The notes under the pieces were generated by a model. The model was not told where the DNA came from and did not search any database. It saw only the letters and a list, made by a program, of their open reading frames with translations. Positions 25,984-34,697 of a stretch of 64,000 bases of DNA are shown piece after piece (the first letter of the stretch is position 1; the number at the start of each line of letters is the position of its first letter). The position numbers were made by a program, and so were the translations under genes. This DNA is from Acidimicrobiia bacterium (lineage in GTDB: Bacteria > Actinomycetota > Acidimicrobiia > IMCC26256 > JAOSJL01), in the NCBI GenBank assembly GCA_041394025.1, contig JAWKJA010000002.1:1454541-1518540 (forward strand), given 5' to 3'.

Positions 25984-27323
25984 GCCGTGGCGACCGGGCG
26001 GTGCACATCGCCGCCTCCCGGTGGACCGGGGTCGAGAGGCAGGACAACCGTGAAGCGTGCGCCGCCGTTGTCGTTGCGCACCTCGATGTGTCCGCCGTGG
26101 GCCTCGACGAGGCCGCGGGCGATGGTGAGCCCGAGGCCCGCGCCACCGTCGGCCGGGCGCGCCGGATCGGCGCGGTACGCGGTGTCGAAGACCCTGTCGA
26201 GATCGGCCTCGGGGATCCCGCCACCGTCGTCGCAGACCGACACCCACGCGGCGGGGACGTCGCCCCCGCCGTCGACCGACGCGGCGGAGACGCCGGCACC
26301 GTTGCCCGCCTCGACGACGACGGTGCCGTCGACGGGCGTGTGACGAATGGCGTTCTCCAAGAGGTTGCGCAGCACACGCAGCACATCGACCGGCGAGCAC
26401 CGCAGCTCCGGCGGGGTCCCGACCATCCGACCCTCCACCTGGACACCCTTCGCCGCCGCCACGCCCTCCACACCGGCGAGAGCGTCCGAGACGAGATCGG
26501 CCAGGGGCACCTGCTCCCGCTCCGGGCGGACGACACCGGCCTCCACCCTGCTCAGCTCGAAGAGGTCGTCGACCAGCTCGGCGAGCCGGTCGGCCTGCGT
26601 CCGGACGGTCGTGTGGTACTCGGCGACGACTCCCGGGTCGGTGACCACGCCGTCCTCGAGGGCCTCCGCCAGGGCGCGGATCCCGGCCAGTGGTGTCCGG
26701 AGGTCGTGGCTCACCCACGCCACGAGCTCGCGTCGCGACTGCTCCATCGCCTGCTCACGCTCCCGCGACTCCCGGAGCCGCTGCGACATGTCGTCGAGCT
26801 CACGTGCGAGGCGTGCCCACTCCCCCGGTCCGACCGACCGTGCCGGGGCGTCCCCGGCCTCCACCGCGACGCCGTCGCCGATTCGGCGCGTGCGCTCGGC
26901 CAGTGCGTGGCTGGCGCGGGACACACGGTTGCCGAGGAGCACGGCGGCCGCCACACCGACGGTTCCGGCGGCGACGAGCACGACGTCGAGTGCGGCCGCG
27001 TCGGCGTTGGAGATGAACATCCGCCGCGCGGCCGACCAGGCTCCGAGCCCTGCGGCACCCACCGCCGTCAACGTGACGATCGTGACCTGTACGCCGATCG
27101 GGCGCCGGCGGGCCAGGCCCAGCGCGAGAGTCCCGAGGGCTCCGGCGACCAGGGCCGCTCCGGCGGCGATCACGAGCAGCTCGAAGAAGTGCGAACGCGA
27201 CATCGACCGCGCCGAGGCGACGAGCGCTGTCAGGAACGCGCCGACGAGGAGCGTTCCCCCGACGAGAAGCAGCGTCCGCCGGGTGCCCGGGACGGTCTCG
27301 TGTGTGGTCGTCGTCACGCTCAT
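25980..27323 (-). CDS. sensor histidine kinase
   Basis: ATG at 27321-27323 after GAGGGAAG. Several TMs and a HAMP-like linker. H-box WVSHDLRTPL, N-box LRNLLENAIRHTP, G-boxes DDGGGIP and GAGLGLTIA. Confidence 0.85.
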   Translation of the reverse strand: MSVTTTTHETVPGTRRTLLLVGGTLLVGAFLTALVASARSMSRSHFFELLVIAAGAALVAGALGTLALGLARRRPIGVQVTIVTLTAVGAAGLGAWSAARRMFISNADAAALDVVLVAAGTVGVAAAVLLGNRVSRASHALAERTRRIGDGVAVEAGDAPARSVGPGEWARLARELDDMSQRLRESREREQAMEQSRRELVAWVSHDLRTPLAGIRALAEALEDGVVTDPGVVAEYHTTVRTQADRLAELVDDLFELSRVEAGVVRPEREQVPLADLVSDALAGVEGVAAAKGVQVEGRMVGTPPELRCSPVDVLRVLRNLLENAIRHTPVDGTVVVEAGNGAGVSAASVDGGGDVPAAWVSVCDDGGGIPEADLDRVFDTAYRADPARPADGGAGLGLTIARGLVEAHGGHIEVRNDNGGARFTVVLPLDPGPPGGGDVHRPVATA

Positions 27324-27339
27324 GGTTCTTCCCTCGTCC

Positions 27340-28029
27340 TCACGCGTCGAACCGGTAGCCGACACCCCACACGGTCGAGATCCTGGTCGGGTTCGACGGC
27401 TCGTCCTCGATCTTCTCGCGCAACCGGCGGATGTGCACGGTCACCGTCGACGCGTCGCCGTAGCTGTAGCCCCACACCCTCTCCAGGAGCTCGTCGCGTC
27501 GGAAGGCAACCCCCGGATGGGTGGTGAGGAAGGCCAGGAGGTCGAACTCCCGTGCGGTGAGTGGGACCTCCGCACCGCCGCGCTCCACCGTGCGGGCACC
27601 CGTGTCGATCACCAGGTCGCCGAACGTGACGGGTTCCACCGGATCGGGAGTGGGCGCGTGGGTGCGGCGCAGGACGGCCCTGATGCGGGCCATGAGCTCC
27701 CGGGGTGAGAACGGCTTCGTCACGTAGTCGTCGGCGCCGTACTCGAGCCCGCACAGACGGTCCTCCTCCTCGCCCTTGGCCGTGAGTATGACGACAGGAA
27801 CCGGGCCGGCGTCACGGAGGCGGCGACACACCTCCAGACCATCCATGTCGGGGAGCATGAGGTCGAGCACGGCGAGGTCGGGGCGACGGGCGTCGGCCTC
27901 CCTCACGGCGGCCTCACCGCTGTCGAGGGCGCACACGTCGTATCCATCGCGTTCGAGATACCGCACGACGACCTCCGAGACCGTCGGGTCGTCCTCGACG
28001 ACGAGCACGCGGCGGGTCGGCGTGGTCAT
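27340..28029 (-). CDS. OmpR-family response regulator
   Basis: ATG at 28027-28029. RVLVVEDD, LDLMLPDMDG, winged-helix tail STVWGVGYRF. Confidence 0.9.
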   Translation of the reverse strand: MTTPTRRVLVVEDDPTVSEVVVRYLERDGYDVCALDSGEAAVREADARRPDLAVLDLMLPDMDGLEVCRRLRDAGPVPVVILTAKGEEEDRLCGLEYGADDYVTKPFSPRELMARIRAVLRRTHAPTPDPVEPVTFGDLVIDTGARTVERGGAEVPLTAREFDLLAFLTTHPGVAFRRDELLERVWGYSYGDASTVTVHIRRLREKIEDEPSNPTRISTVWGVGYRFDA

Positions 28030-28031
28030 GG

Positions 28032-29471
28032 TCACCACCGGGTCCGGATCCCGGTCTGTACGGCGAGGGCAACGAGCGCCTGTGCTGCGAGCCATCCCCG
28101 CAGCACCGCGGCCCGCGGCACGCGTCCGATGAGGGCGGAGGCCGCCGGGAGGAGCCAGACGGCGAACGGCAGCCAGATCCGCTCCACCTCCCCCTTCGAG
28201 AAGCCCGAGAGGTCGGCGACGGCGACAGCAGCCAGCGCTCCTCCCACGAGCAGCCAGAGCTTGCGGTCGCCCAGGCACGCCAGTCCTGCGGCGGTGGCGG
28301 GGCCCACCACCAGGCCGAGGGCGGCGATGTTGGCCCAGAGGAAATAGCCGTAGGGCCGGGTCGAGGCCACGCTCTCGTAGTACTCGGCACGCGACGTCGA
28401 CCACCCGTCGAGATACGAGAAGCCGGCCAGCCAGAAGACGCCGAGGACCAGCAGTGCTCCCGCAGTCGCCACGAACAGGGGCCGCGGCCGGCGGCGCGCC
28501 GCCGCCACGCCGGTAGGGACGAGCGCGACGAGCGCCACGCCGTACGACAGCATCAGGGCCGCACCGAAGAGCAGTCCCCCTGAGGCGCTCGCGATGTCGG
28601 AGCGACGCCCGGACCGGCCCGTACCCACGATCACCGCTGCCACGGCGGCGGCCGAGACACCGGCGATCAGGGCATCGGCGCTCGTGGCGATCCACACCGC
28701 TACCGGAGCCAGAACGAGGAACGGTGCCGCCGCGCGTGCCCGCTGCTCGCCCGCTACCTCCCGGACCGCCACGAGGACGGCGGGGACGGCCAGCGCGCCA
28801 CCGGCGATGAACAGCACGGCGGCCCAAGCCCGGCCTCCGAGGCCCACTTCGTCGAGCGACCAGAGAGTGAGCAGTGTGCCCGGCGGATGTGAGCGGACGT
28901 GGGTGACGTAGCTGTCGATGTCGTCGGTGAAGCCCGACAGGAAGTCGCCGGGCGAGCCGACCCGGTCGACGTCGAGCAGGTACTCGTCGCCCGGAAGCGT
29001 CGTGGGGTCCGTGATGCCGTCGAGACCGTCGGTGAACGCCAGCGCCACCGCCCAGACGGCCGCGGCGATCGCCGCCGCGGCGAGGAGTGTGCGCCACGGC
29101 AGCGCGCGAACCGCACGCGGCGCACCGACGATGACAGCCAGGGCCACGGCAACCGGCACGACGACACGCACGCCGAGGCGGAGGTCGTCCCACCCCACGA
29201 TCGGAGGTGCGCTGAGCCGCAGCGCCTCGCGACCGAGGTCATCGATGAGGTGCTGTCCCCACAGCCGGGCGGCCACGATCAGGAGACCCCACGCCACCAC
29301 GGCGGCGGTGGCGCGGTAGGCCGGCCGGGACCACCACGGGCGCGCCGGCGACACGGCGGACGAGCCCGGCGGGCCCTCGTGCTCGGCGGTCCGGACGGGC
29401 GTGTCGCCCTCCGCCGCCCCGGCGGAGCTCTCGGAGTGGACCCCAGGGGTCGACACGTCTGTGCGGGGCAC
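28032..29471 (-). CDS. polytopic membrane protein, GT-C-fold glycosyltransferase-like
   Basis: About 10-12 hydrophobic segments. An acidic first loop (FTDGLDGITD, DEYLLDVD) is followed by VRSHPPGTLL, resembling the DE...HPPL signature of PMT/ArnT-type enzymes. Context includes a GT2 polyprenyl-P-sugar synthase-like gene. Confidence 0.55.
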   Translation of the reverse strand: MPRTDVSTPGVHSESSAGAAEGDTPVRTAEHEGPPGSSAVSPARPWWSRPAYRATAAVVAWGLLIVAARLWGQHLIDDLGREALRLSAPPIVGWDDLRLGVRVVVPVAVALAVIVGAPRAVRALPWRTLLAAAAIAAAVWAVALAFTDGLDGITDPTTLPGDEYLLDVDRVGSPGDFLSGFTDDIDSYVTHVRSHPPGTLLTLWSLDEVGLGGRAWAAVLFIAGGALAVPAVLVAVREVAGEQRARAAAPFLVLAPVAVWIATSADALIAGVSAAAVAAVIVGTGRSGRRSDIASASGGLLFGAALMLSYGVALVALVPTGVAAARRRPRPLFVATAGALLVLGVFWLAGFSYLDGWSTSRAEYYESVASTRPYGYFLWANIAALGLVVGPATAAGLACLGDRKLWLLVGGALAAVAVADLSGFSKGEVERIWLPFAVWLLPAASALIGRVPRAAVLRGWLAAQALVALAVQTGIRTRW

Positions 29472-29584
29472 GTCGGAAATCTACCGGCCACCACCGTTCC
29501 GGACGCCCGCGCGCCGGAGTTGTTTCGCGAATCGTAAGCAGATCCGCAGACATCCCCGGTGGTGCTCTCGGTACGGTTCACGGC

Positions 29585-30226
29585 GTGCCCGATGTCGTGC
29601 TGCCCGTCCTCGACGAAGTGGCGGCGCTGCCGCGGGTTCTCGGGTCGATGCCTGTGGGCTACCGGCCGATCGTCGTCGACAACGGGTCGACCGACGGCTC
29701 GGCCTCGGTCGCAGAAGACCTCGGCGCGTTCGTCGTCCACGAGCCGCGCCGCGGTTTCGGAGCCGCGTGTTTCGCCGGACTGACGGCGGCCTCCGACGAC
29801 GTCGTGTGCTTCATGGACTGCGACGGCTCGCTCGACCCCACGCAACTGCCACGCGTCGCCGACCCCGTCGCCAAGGGTGTGGCCGATCTCGTGCTGGGTG
29901 CTCGCGACGCCGCACGCGGCGCCTGGCCGCTGCACGCCCGCCTCGGCAACCGCGCCGTCACGCGGACGATCCGGAAGCGCTACGGCGTGCGCCTGCGCGA
30001 CCTCGGGCCGATGCGTGCCGCGCACCGCAGCGAGCTCGTCGCCCTCGATCTCCGCGACCGCCGGTTCGGGTGGCCACTCGAGATGGTGGTGCGCGCCCTC
30101 GAGGCCGGGTGGCGCGTCGACGAGGTCGACGTGACCTATGCGCCCCGCGACGGGCGCTCCAAGGTCACGGGAACCGTGCGCGGGACCGCCCGTACCATCC
30201 GCGACATGCGGCGGGTCCTCGCATGA
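29585..30226 (+). CDS. glycosyltransferase family 2 (polyprenyl-phosphate sugar synthase-like)
   Basis: GTG start. VVLPVLDE, VVDNGSTDGS, FMDCDGS (DxD). Confidence 0.85.
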   Translation: MPDVVLPVLDEVAALPRVLGSMPVGYRPIVVDNGSTDGSASVAEDLGAFVVHEPRRGFGAACFAGLTAASDDVVCFMDCDGSLDPTQLPRVADPVAKGVADLVLGARDAARGAWPLHARLGNRAVTRTIRKRYGVRLRDLGPMRAAHRSELVALDLRDRRFGWPLEMVVRALEAGWRVDEVDVTYAPRDGRSKVTGTVRGTARTIRDMRRVLA

Positions 30227-30882
30227 CGGCACCTCCGGCCACCCTGATCGTGATCGCCAAGGAACCACGACCCGGTCGCGTGAAGACCCGGCTGTGCCCA
30301 CCGTGCACCCCGGAGCAGGCAGCCGACCTGGCCGCCGCCGCCCTCTCCGACACGCTGATGGCGGTCGCCACGACGCCCGCGAATCGCCGGATCCTGGCGC
30401 TCGACGGCACAGCGGGTCCGTGGCTACCCGATGGCTTCGATGTGGTTCCCCAGTGCGGCGGTGCCCTCGGCGAGCGGCTGTCGGATGCCTTCTCCCACGC
30501 CGACGGTCCGGCGCTGCTCGTGGGGATGGACACGCCCCAGATCGACCCGCCGCTGCTCAGTGAGGCCCTCGGGCGCCTCTGCGAGCCCGCCGGGACGGCT
30601 CCCGACGCCGTCCTGGGCCGCGCCCTCGACGGTGGCTGGTGGGCGCTCGGGCTCCGCCGCCCCGATCTCCCGGTCTTCGACGGGGTCCCCATGAGCACCG
30701 ACCACACGTACCCCGACCAGGTCCGCCGTTTCGAGGAGCTCGGCCTCCGCCATGGCGATCTCCCCTCGCTCATGGACGTCGACACCTTCGACGACGCCAC
30801 GGCGGTCGCCGCCACCGCTCCCGGCACGGCATTCGCGGGTGCGGTGGCGAAGGTCGCCGCCCTGCTGGAGTCGACGCCGTGA
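30223..30882 (+). CDS. DUF2064 / TIGR04282-like glycosyltransferase-fold protein
   Basis: ATGA overlap with the upstream GT2. LIVIAKEPRPGRVKTRL, LVGMDTPQ, DGGWWALG blocks, recalled for DUF2064. Confidence 0.7.
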   Translation: MTAPPATLIVIAKEPRPGRVKTRLCPPCTPEQAADLAAAALSDTLMAVATTPANRRILALDGTAGPWLPDGFDVVPQCGGALGERLSDAFSHADGPALLVGMDTPQIDPPLLSEALGRLCEPAGTAPDAVLGRALDGGWWALGLRRPDLPVFDGVPMSTDHTYPDQVRRFEELGLRHGDLPSLMDVDTFDDATAVAATAPGTAFAGAVAKVAALLESTP

Positions 30883-31604
30883 GACCGCACACGACGGAAG
30901 CGCCGTTGCACGGTGTGCCCACCGCGCTGCTGCGCGGGGAGTGCGGGACGCCCTTCGTGCCGCCCGACAACCGCTGGGCCACGCCGGCCGACGACGCCGA
31001 GCGTGCCTTCGTCGAGCTCGTCGTCGAGCTCGACGTCGCGCCTGTCCTCGACGTCGGGTGCGGACCGGGCCGCCACGTCGTCGCCCTCGCCGAACGCGGG
31101 ATCCCGGCGCTCGGCATCGACGTGTGCGAGCGGGCCCTCGACGTGGCACGCAACCGGGGGGCGTCGGTCCTCCACCGTTCCGTCTTCGACAGAGTCCCCG
31201 CCGCCGGCCGGTGGGGAAGCGCCCTGCTCCTCGACGGCAACATCGGGATCGGGGCCGATCCCGTCCGGCTGATGCGTCGTGTCGCTGCACTGCTGCGCCC
31301 CGGCGGGCGCCTGCTCGTGGAGCTCGACCCGCCGGGAACCGCCGCCGACGTGCGCCGCGTCCGCCTCGAGATCGTCGCCGGGCACGGTCCGGGCACCGTC
31401 GGCGTGGGGCCGTGGTTCGACTTCGGGCGGCTGCCCGCTGATCAGGCCGAGGCGAGCGTGGCGCATGCCGGTCTCGACGTCGTCGACATCTGGTCGGACC
31501 GCGGGCGGCACCTGGCGCTGCTCGTCGTCCCCGCCCGCGTCGACGCAGGTTCGGCCGCCGATGTCGACGACACGGTTCGGCCCCCGGCCGGGCCCGGGTC
31601 ATGA
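30879..31604 (+). CDS. class I SAM-dependent methyltransferase
   Basis: GTGA overlap. Motif I VLDVGCGPGRH, and post-I ALGIDV. Confidence 0.75.
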   Translation: MRPHTTEAPLHGVPTALLRGECGTPFVPPDNRWATPADDAERAFVELVVELDVAPVLDVGCGPGRHVVALAERGIPALGIDVCERALDVARNRGASVLHRSVFDRVPAAGRWGSALLLDGNIGIGADPVRLMRRVAALLRPGGRLLVELDPPGTAADVRRVRLEIVAGHGPGTVGVGPWFDFGRLPADQAEASVAHAGLDVVDIWSDRGRHLALLVVPARVDAGSAADVDDTVRPPAGPGS

Positions 31605-32785
31605 GGCTCCGCTGGCCGCCCCGCCCCACCGTCGGGCCGTTCCGCGACGGCGCCTTCTCCGGTCGCCTCCACGACGAGCGCACGGCCGCCGTCCTCGGGG
31701 TGGCGCTCGGTGTCGGCTTCACGGTCTGCTTCGCCACGGGCGTGCTGTCGCACCTGATCCAGAACCCACCGAGTTGGTTTCTCTGGACGTCGCGCCCGGC
31801 CGGTCTCTACCGGCTCACGCAGGGAACACACGTGGCGCTGGGCCTCGCGCTGATCCCGGTGCTGCTTGCCAAGCTGTGGGTGGTCTACCCGAAGTTCTTC
31901 GACTGGCCGCCCTTCGGGTCGTTTCCCCACTTCGTCGAGCGCGTCACCATCCTGCCGCTCGTGGGCGGCGGCCTGTTCCTCACGTTCACCGGTCTGGGCA
32001 ACATCAACGTCTGGCGTCCCTGGAACTTCGGTTTCCGGCCCGGCCACTACTGGGCGGCGTGGATCACCATCGGCGCGCTGGTGATCCACGTCTTCGCCAA
32101 GTACGCCACGACGCGCGACGCCCTGTGGCGCAGCGGCGGGCACGCCGCGGCGAAGGACCTCGACGCCACGGGCGACAACGGGTCCGCCGGGATGTCACGA
32201 CGGGGCTTTCTCGCCACCACGTTCGGTGCCTCGGCGGCCGTGGCCCTCTTCACCGTCGGACAGAGCTTCGAGCCACTCCGGACAGTGGCCTACCTGGCGC
32301 CCCGCCGGCCCGACTCGGGCCCTCAGGGACTGCCGGTCAACCGCACCGCCGCCTCGGTCGGCCTCACCGACGTCGACGTCGCCGACTACCGCCTCACCGT
32401 GGAGGGACCCGCAGCCACCGACCCCTTCGAGCTCACCTACGACGAGCTGCGGGCCCTGCCGCAACGAACCGTCGAACTGCCGATCGCGTGCGTCGAGGGC
32501 TGGAGCGCCAACGCCACGTGGACGGGTGTTCCCGTGAGCGATCTCCTCGAACGCGCGGGCGCGCCGAACGACTGCGAGGCGCGTGCGATTTCGATGCAGG
32601 ACAGCCCGCGGCAACGCTCGTCCGACCTGAACAGGCTGCACGCCCACGACCGTGACACGCTGCTCGCGCTCGAGGTCAACGGTGAGACACTCGACGCCGA
32701 CCACGGGTTCCCGGTGCGCCTCATCGGGCCCAACCGGCCCGGGGTCATGCAGACCAAGTGGGTCTCCCGCCTGGAGGCACGGTGA
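31601..32785 (+). CDS. membrane-anchored molybdopterin-dependent oxidoreductase (sulfite oxidase/YedY fold fused to an N-terminal 4-TM domain)
   Basis: ATGA overlap. Four N-terminal TMs, an internal Tat-like SRRGFLATT, then IACVEGWSANATWTGVP and HGFPVRLIGPNRPGVMQTKWVSRLE, typical of the oxidoreductase molybdopterin-binding domain. Confidence 0.75.
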   Translation: MRLRWPPRPTVGPFRDGAFSGRLHDERTAAVLGVALGVGFTVCFATGVLSHLIQNPPSWFLWTSRPAGLYRLTQGTHVALGLALIPVLLAKLWVVYPKFFDWPPFGSFPHFVERVTILPLVGGGLFLTFTGLGNINVWRPWNFGFRPGHYWAAWITIGALVIHVFAKYATTRDALWRSGGHAAAKDLDATGDNGSAGMSRRGFLATTFGASAAVALFTVGQSFEPLRTVAYLAPRRPDSGPQGLPVNRTAASVGLTDVDVADYRLTVEGPAATDPFELTYDELRALPQRTVELPIACVEGWSANATWTGVPVSDLLERAGAPNDCEARAISMQDSPRQRSSDLNRLHAHDRDTLLALEVNGETLDADHGFPVRLIGPNRPGVMQTKWVSRLEAR

Positions 32786-33243
32786 ACGGCTCCGGCGATC
32801 CCTCCCCCGCGGACAACACCTACGGCGCTCGCTTCTGGGTCGGTGTCGTCATCGGCGGCGCCGTGATGGCCTACGGCGCGATCGGGCTGATCCGGAACCT
32901 CTCGGGTGACGCCCTCGTGAGCTGGGGCCTGTTCTTCATCGGCGCGGACCTCCTCCACGATTCCCTGTTCGCTCCTGCGGCGTTCCTCGCCGGCGCCGTG
33001 CTGGCTCGCCTGTTGCCCGTGCCGTGGCGGACGCCGGTCATGGCGGGGTGCATCATCAGTGCATCCGTCCTCCTGGTCGTCCTCCCGCCTCTGATCGGTC
33101 TCGGAGGAAACCCGGGTAACCCGACGCTGCACCCGATCGACTACACGACGTCGACCATCACGGCCCTGGCGATCGTCTGGGGTGCGGTGGGTGCAGTGAG
33201 CCTGGTGGCGGCTCGCGGGGAGAGACGCTCCTCGAGCTCCTGA
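32782..33243 (+). CDS. small 4-TM membrane protein
   Basis: GTG at 32782 forms a GTGA overlap with the molybdoenzyme stop. Four hydrophobic segments. No motif recognised. Confidence 0.5.
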   Translation: MNGSGDPSPADNTYGARFWVGVVIGGAVMAYGAIGLIRNLSGDALVSWGLFFIGADLLHDSLFAPAAFLAGAVLARLLPVPWRTPVMAGCIISASVLLVVLPPLIGLGGNPGNPTLHPIDYTTSTITALAIVWGAVGAVSLVAARGERRSSSS

Positions 33244-33330
33244 TCGCTGCGGTGACGGCTTCGACGACATTGACGGCGTCAACGCGCCCTGATTGGATAC
33301 AGCCCGACCGAACAGGGGGGACCGGACTCG

Positions 33331-34674
33331 ATGGGTCGCAGGCGGGGGCCGCTCGCGGTCGCGGCGTTGATGGCTGCGGCCGCCCTGTTGGCCGCAGCCT
33401 GCGACAACGGCGACAGTTCGGGAAGCGGATCTGGAAGCGGTTCGGGGACCGACGGGTCCGGCGCCTCCGACGGTGGCCCCGTGGTGGAGCAGTTCGCCGG
33501 CACCGAGATGTCGATCGGTGTCATTCCCGACGCTCCCACAGAGGCAACGGGCGAGCCGATCCCCGTCGGTCTCCTGAACCAGGAGGACACGCCGCTGGGC
33601 TCGTTCCCCGAGGTTCGACTCGGCGCCGAGACCGCCGTCCAGTTCCTCAACGAGGAGATGGGGGGCGTCGACGGGCGACCGATCGAACTCCACACCTGCA
33701 TCACCGACTTCTCGCCGGAGCAGTCGTCGGCCTGCGCGCAGGAAATGGTCCAGAGCGACGTCGTGGCCGTTCTCGGGGGCATCGACCTGGCCAGCGCCGG
33801 ATCGATGCCGATCTTCGAGCAGAACGAGATCCCCTACGTGGGCGGTATCCCGGCCAACTTCGAGGAGGCCCAGAGCCCGGTGTCGTTCCAGTTCAGCGGC
33901 GGCACGTGGGGCGCCATGACGGCCTTCGCGTACTGGGCCGCCGAGGAGGTGGGCGCCGAGAAGGTCGCCATCGCCTACGGCGAGTTCCCACCCATCTCCG
34001 ACGCCGCCATCCAGTACGGCGAGGCCGTCCTGGAGGCCCGGGGTGTCGACGACGTCGACCTCGTCGCCTTCCCGATCGACACGACCGACTTCCTCCCGGT
34101 CGTCACACGTGCCATGGAGGGAAATCCCGACGCCATCTTCTGGGGCACCGCCGACGCCGGCTGCCAGTCCGTGATGCAGTCGTCGTTCGACCTCGGCGTG
34201 AGCGCGCAGTTGTTCATGACGGGCGCGTGCGCGGCGCCGCGCATCGTCGAGGAGGTCGGTCCGGGTGCGGAAGGGGTCCTGTTCAACATCGAGGGCGTCG
34301 CCAAGGCCGACGTGCCCAACCCGGAGGTCGACCTCTTCACCGCCGTCGCGGACCGCTACGGCGAGGGGGCCTTCGATCCCCAGAGCGCTGCTACCGTCTC
34401 GTTCCGCTCGACGATGAACCTCTACGCCCTCATGACGGAGCTGGGTGCCGACAACATCTCCACCGCGACGATCATGGAGGGACTCCGCACAGCCGTCGAC
34501 GTCCCGAGCTTCGACGGGCATCCCTACACCTGTGACGGAGAACAGATCCCGGACCTTCCCGCGATGTGTTCACCTCAGGAGAATCTCGTCGTCTGGGACG
34601 GCACCGAGCTGTCGCAGGTGAACGACGACTGGATCCAGGTTCCCGAGATCCTGCGTGAGGCGGGTGTCGGCTGA
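33331..34674 (+). CDS. ABC transporter substrate-binding lipoprotein (LivJ/K branched-chain amino acid type)
   Basis: Lipobox LLAAAC followed by a Gly/Ser linker. Type I periplasmic binding fold blocks (VGGIPANFEE, AIAYGEFPP). Confidence 0.85.
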   Translation: MGRRRGPLAVAALMAAAALLAAACDNGDSSGSGSGSGSGTDGSGASDGGPVVEQFAGTEMSIGVIPDAPTEATGEPIPVGLLNQEDTPLGSFPEVRLGAETAVQFLNEEMGGVDGRPIELHTCITDFSPEQSSACAQEMVQSDVVAVLGGIDLASAGSMPIFEQNEIPYVGGIPANFEEAQSPVSFQFSGGTWGAMTAFAYWAAEEVGAEKVAIAYGEFPPISDAAIQYGEAVLEARGVDDVDLVAFPIDTTDFLPVVTRAMEGNPDAIFWGTADAGCQSVMQSSFDLGVSAQLFMTGACAAPRIVEEVGPGAEGVLFNIEGVAKADVPNPEVDLFTAVADRYGEGAFDPQSAATVSFRSTMNLYALMTELGADNISTATIMEGLRTAVDVPSFDGHPYTCDGEQIPDLPAMCSPQENLVVWDGTELSQVNDDWIQVPEILREAGVG

Positions 34675-34697
34675 ACAGCCGAGAGTCCCGATCCTGA

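Noticed and set aside
32437-34521. 694-aa minus-strand ORF
   Set aside because: It is antisense to the molybdoenzyme 3' end, the 4-TM gene and the LivJ-like gene. No motifs; shadow ORF.
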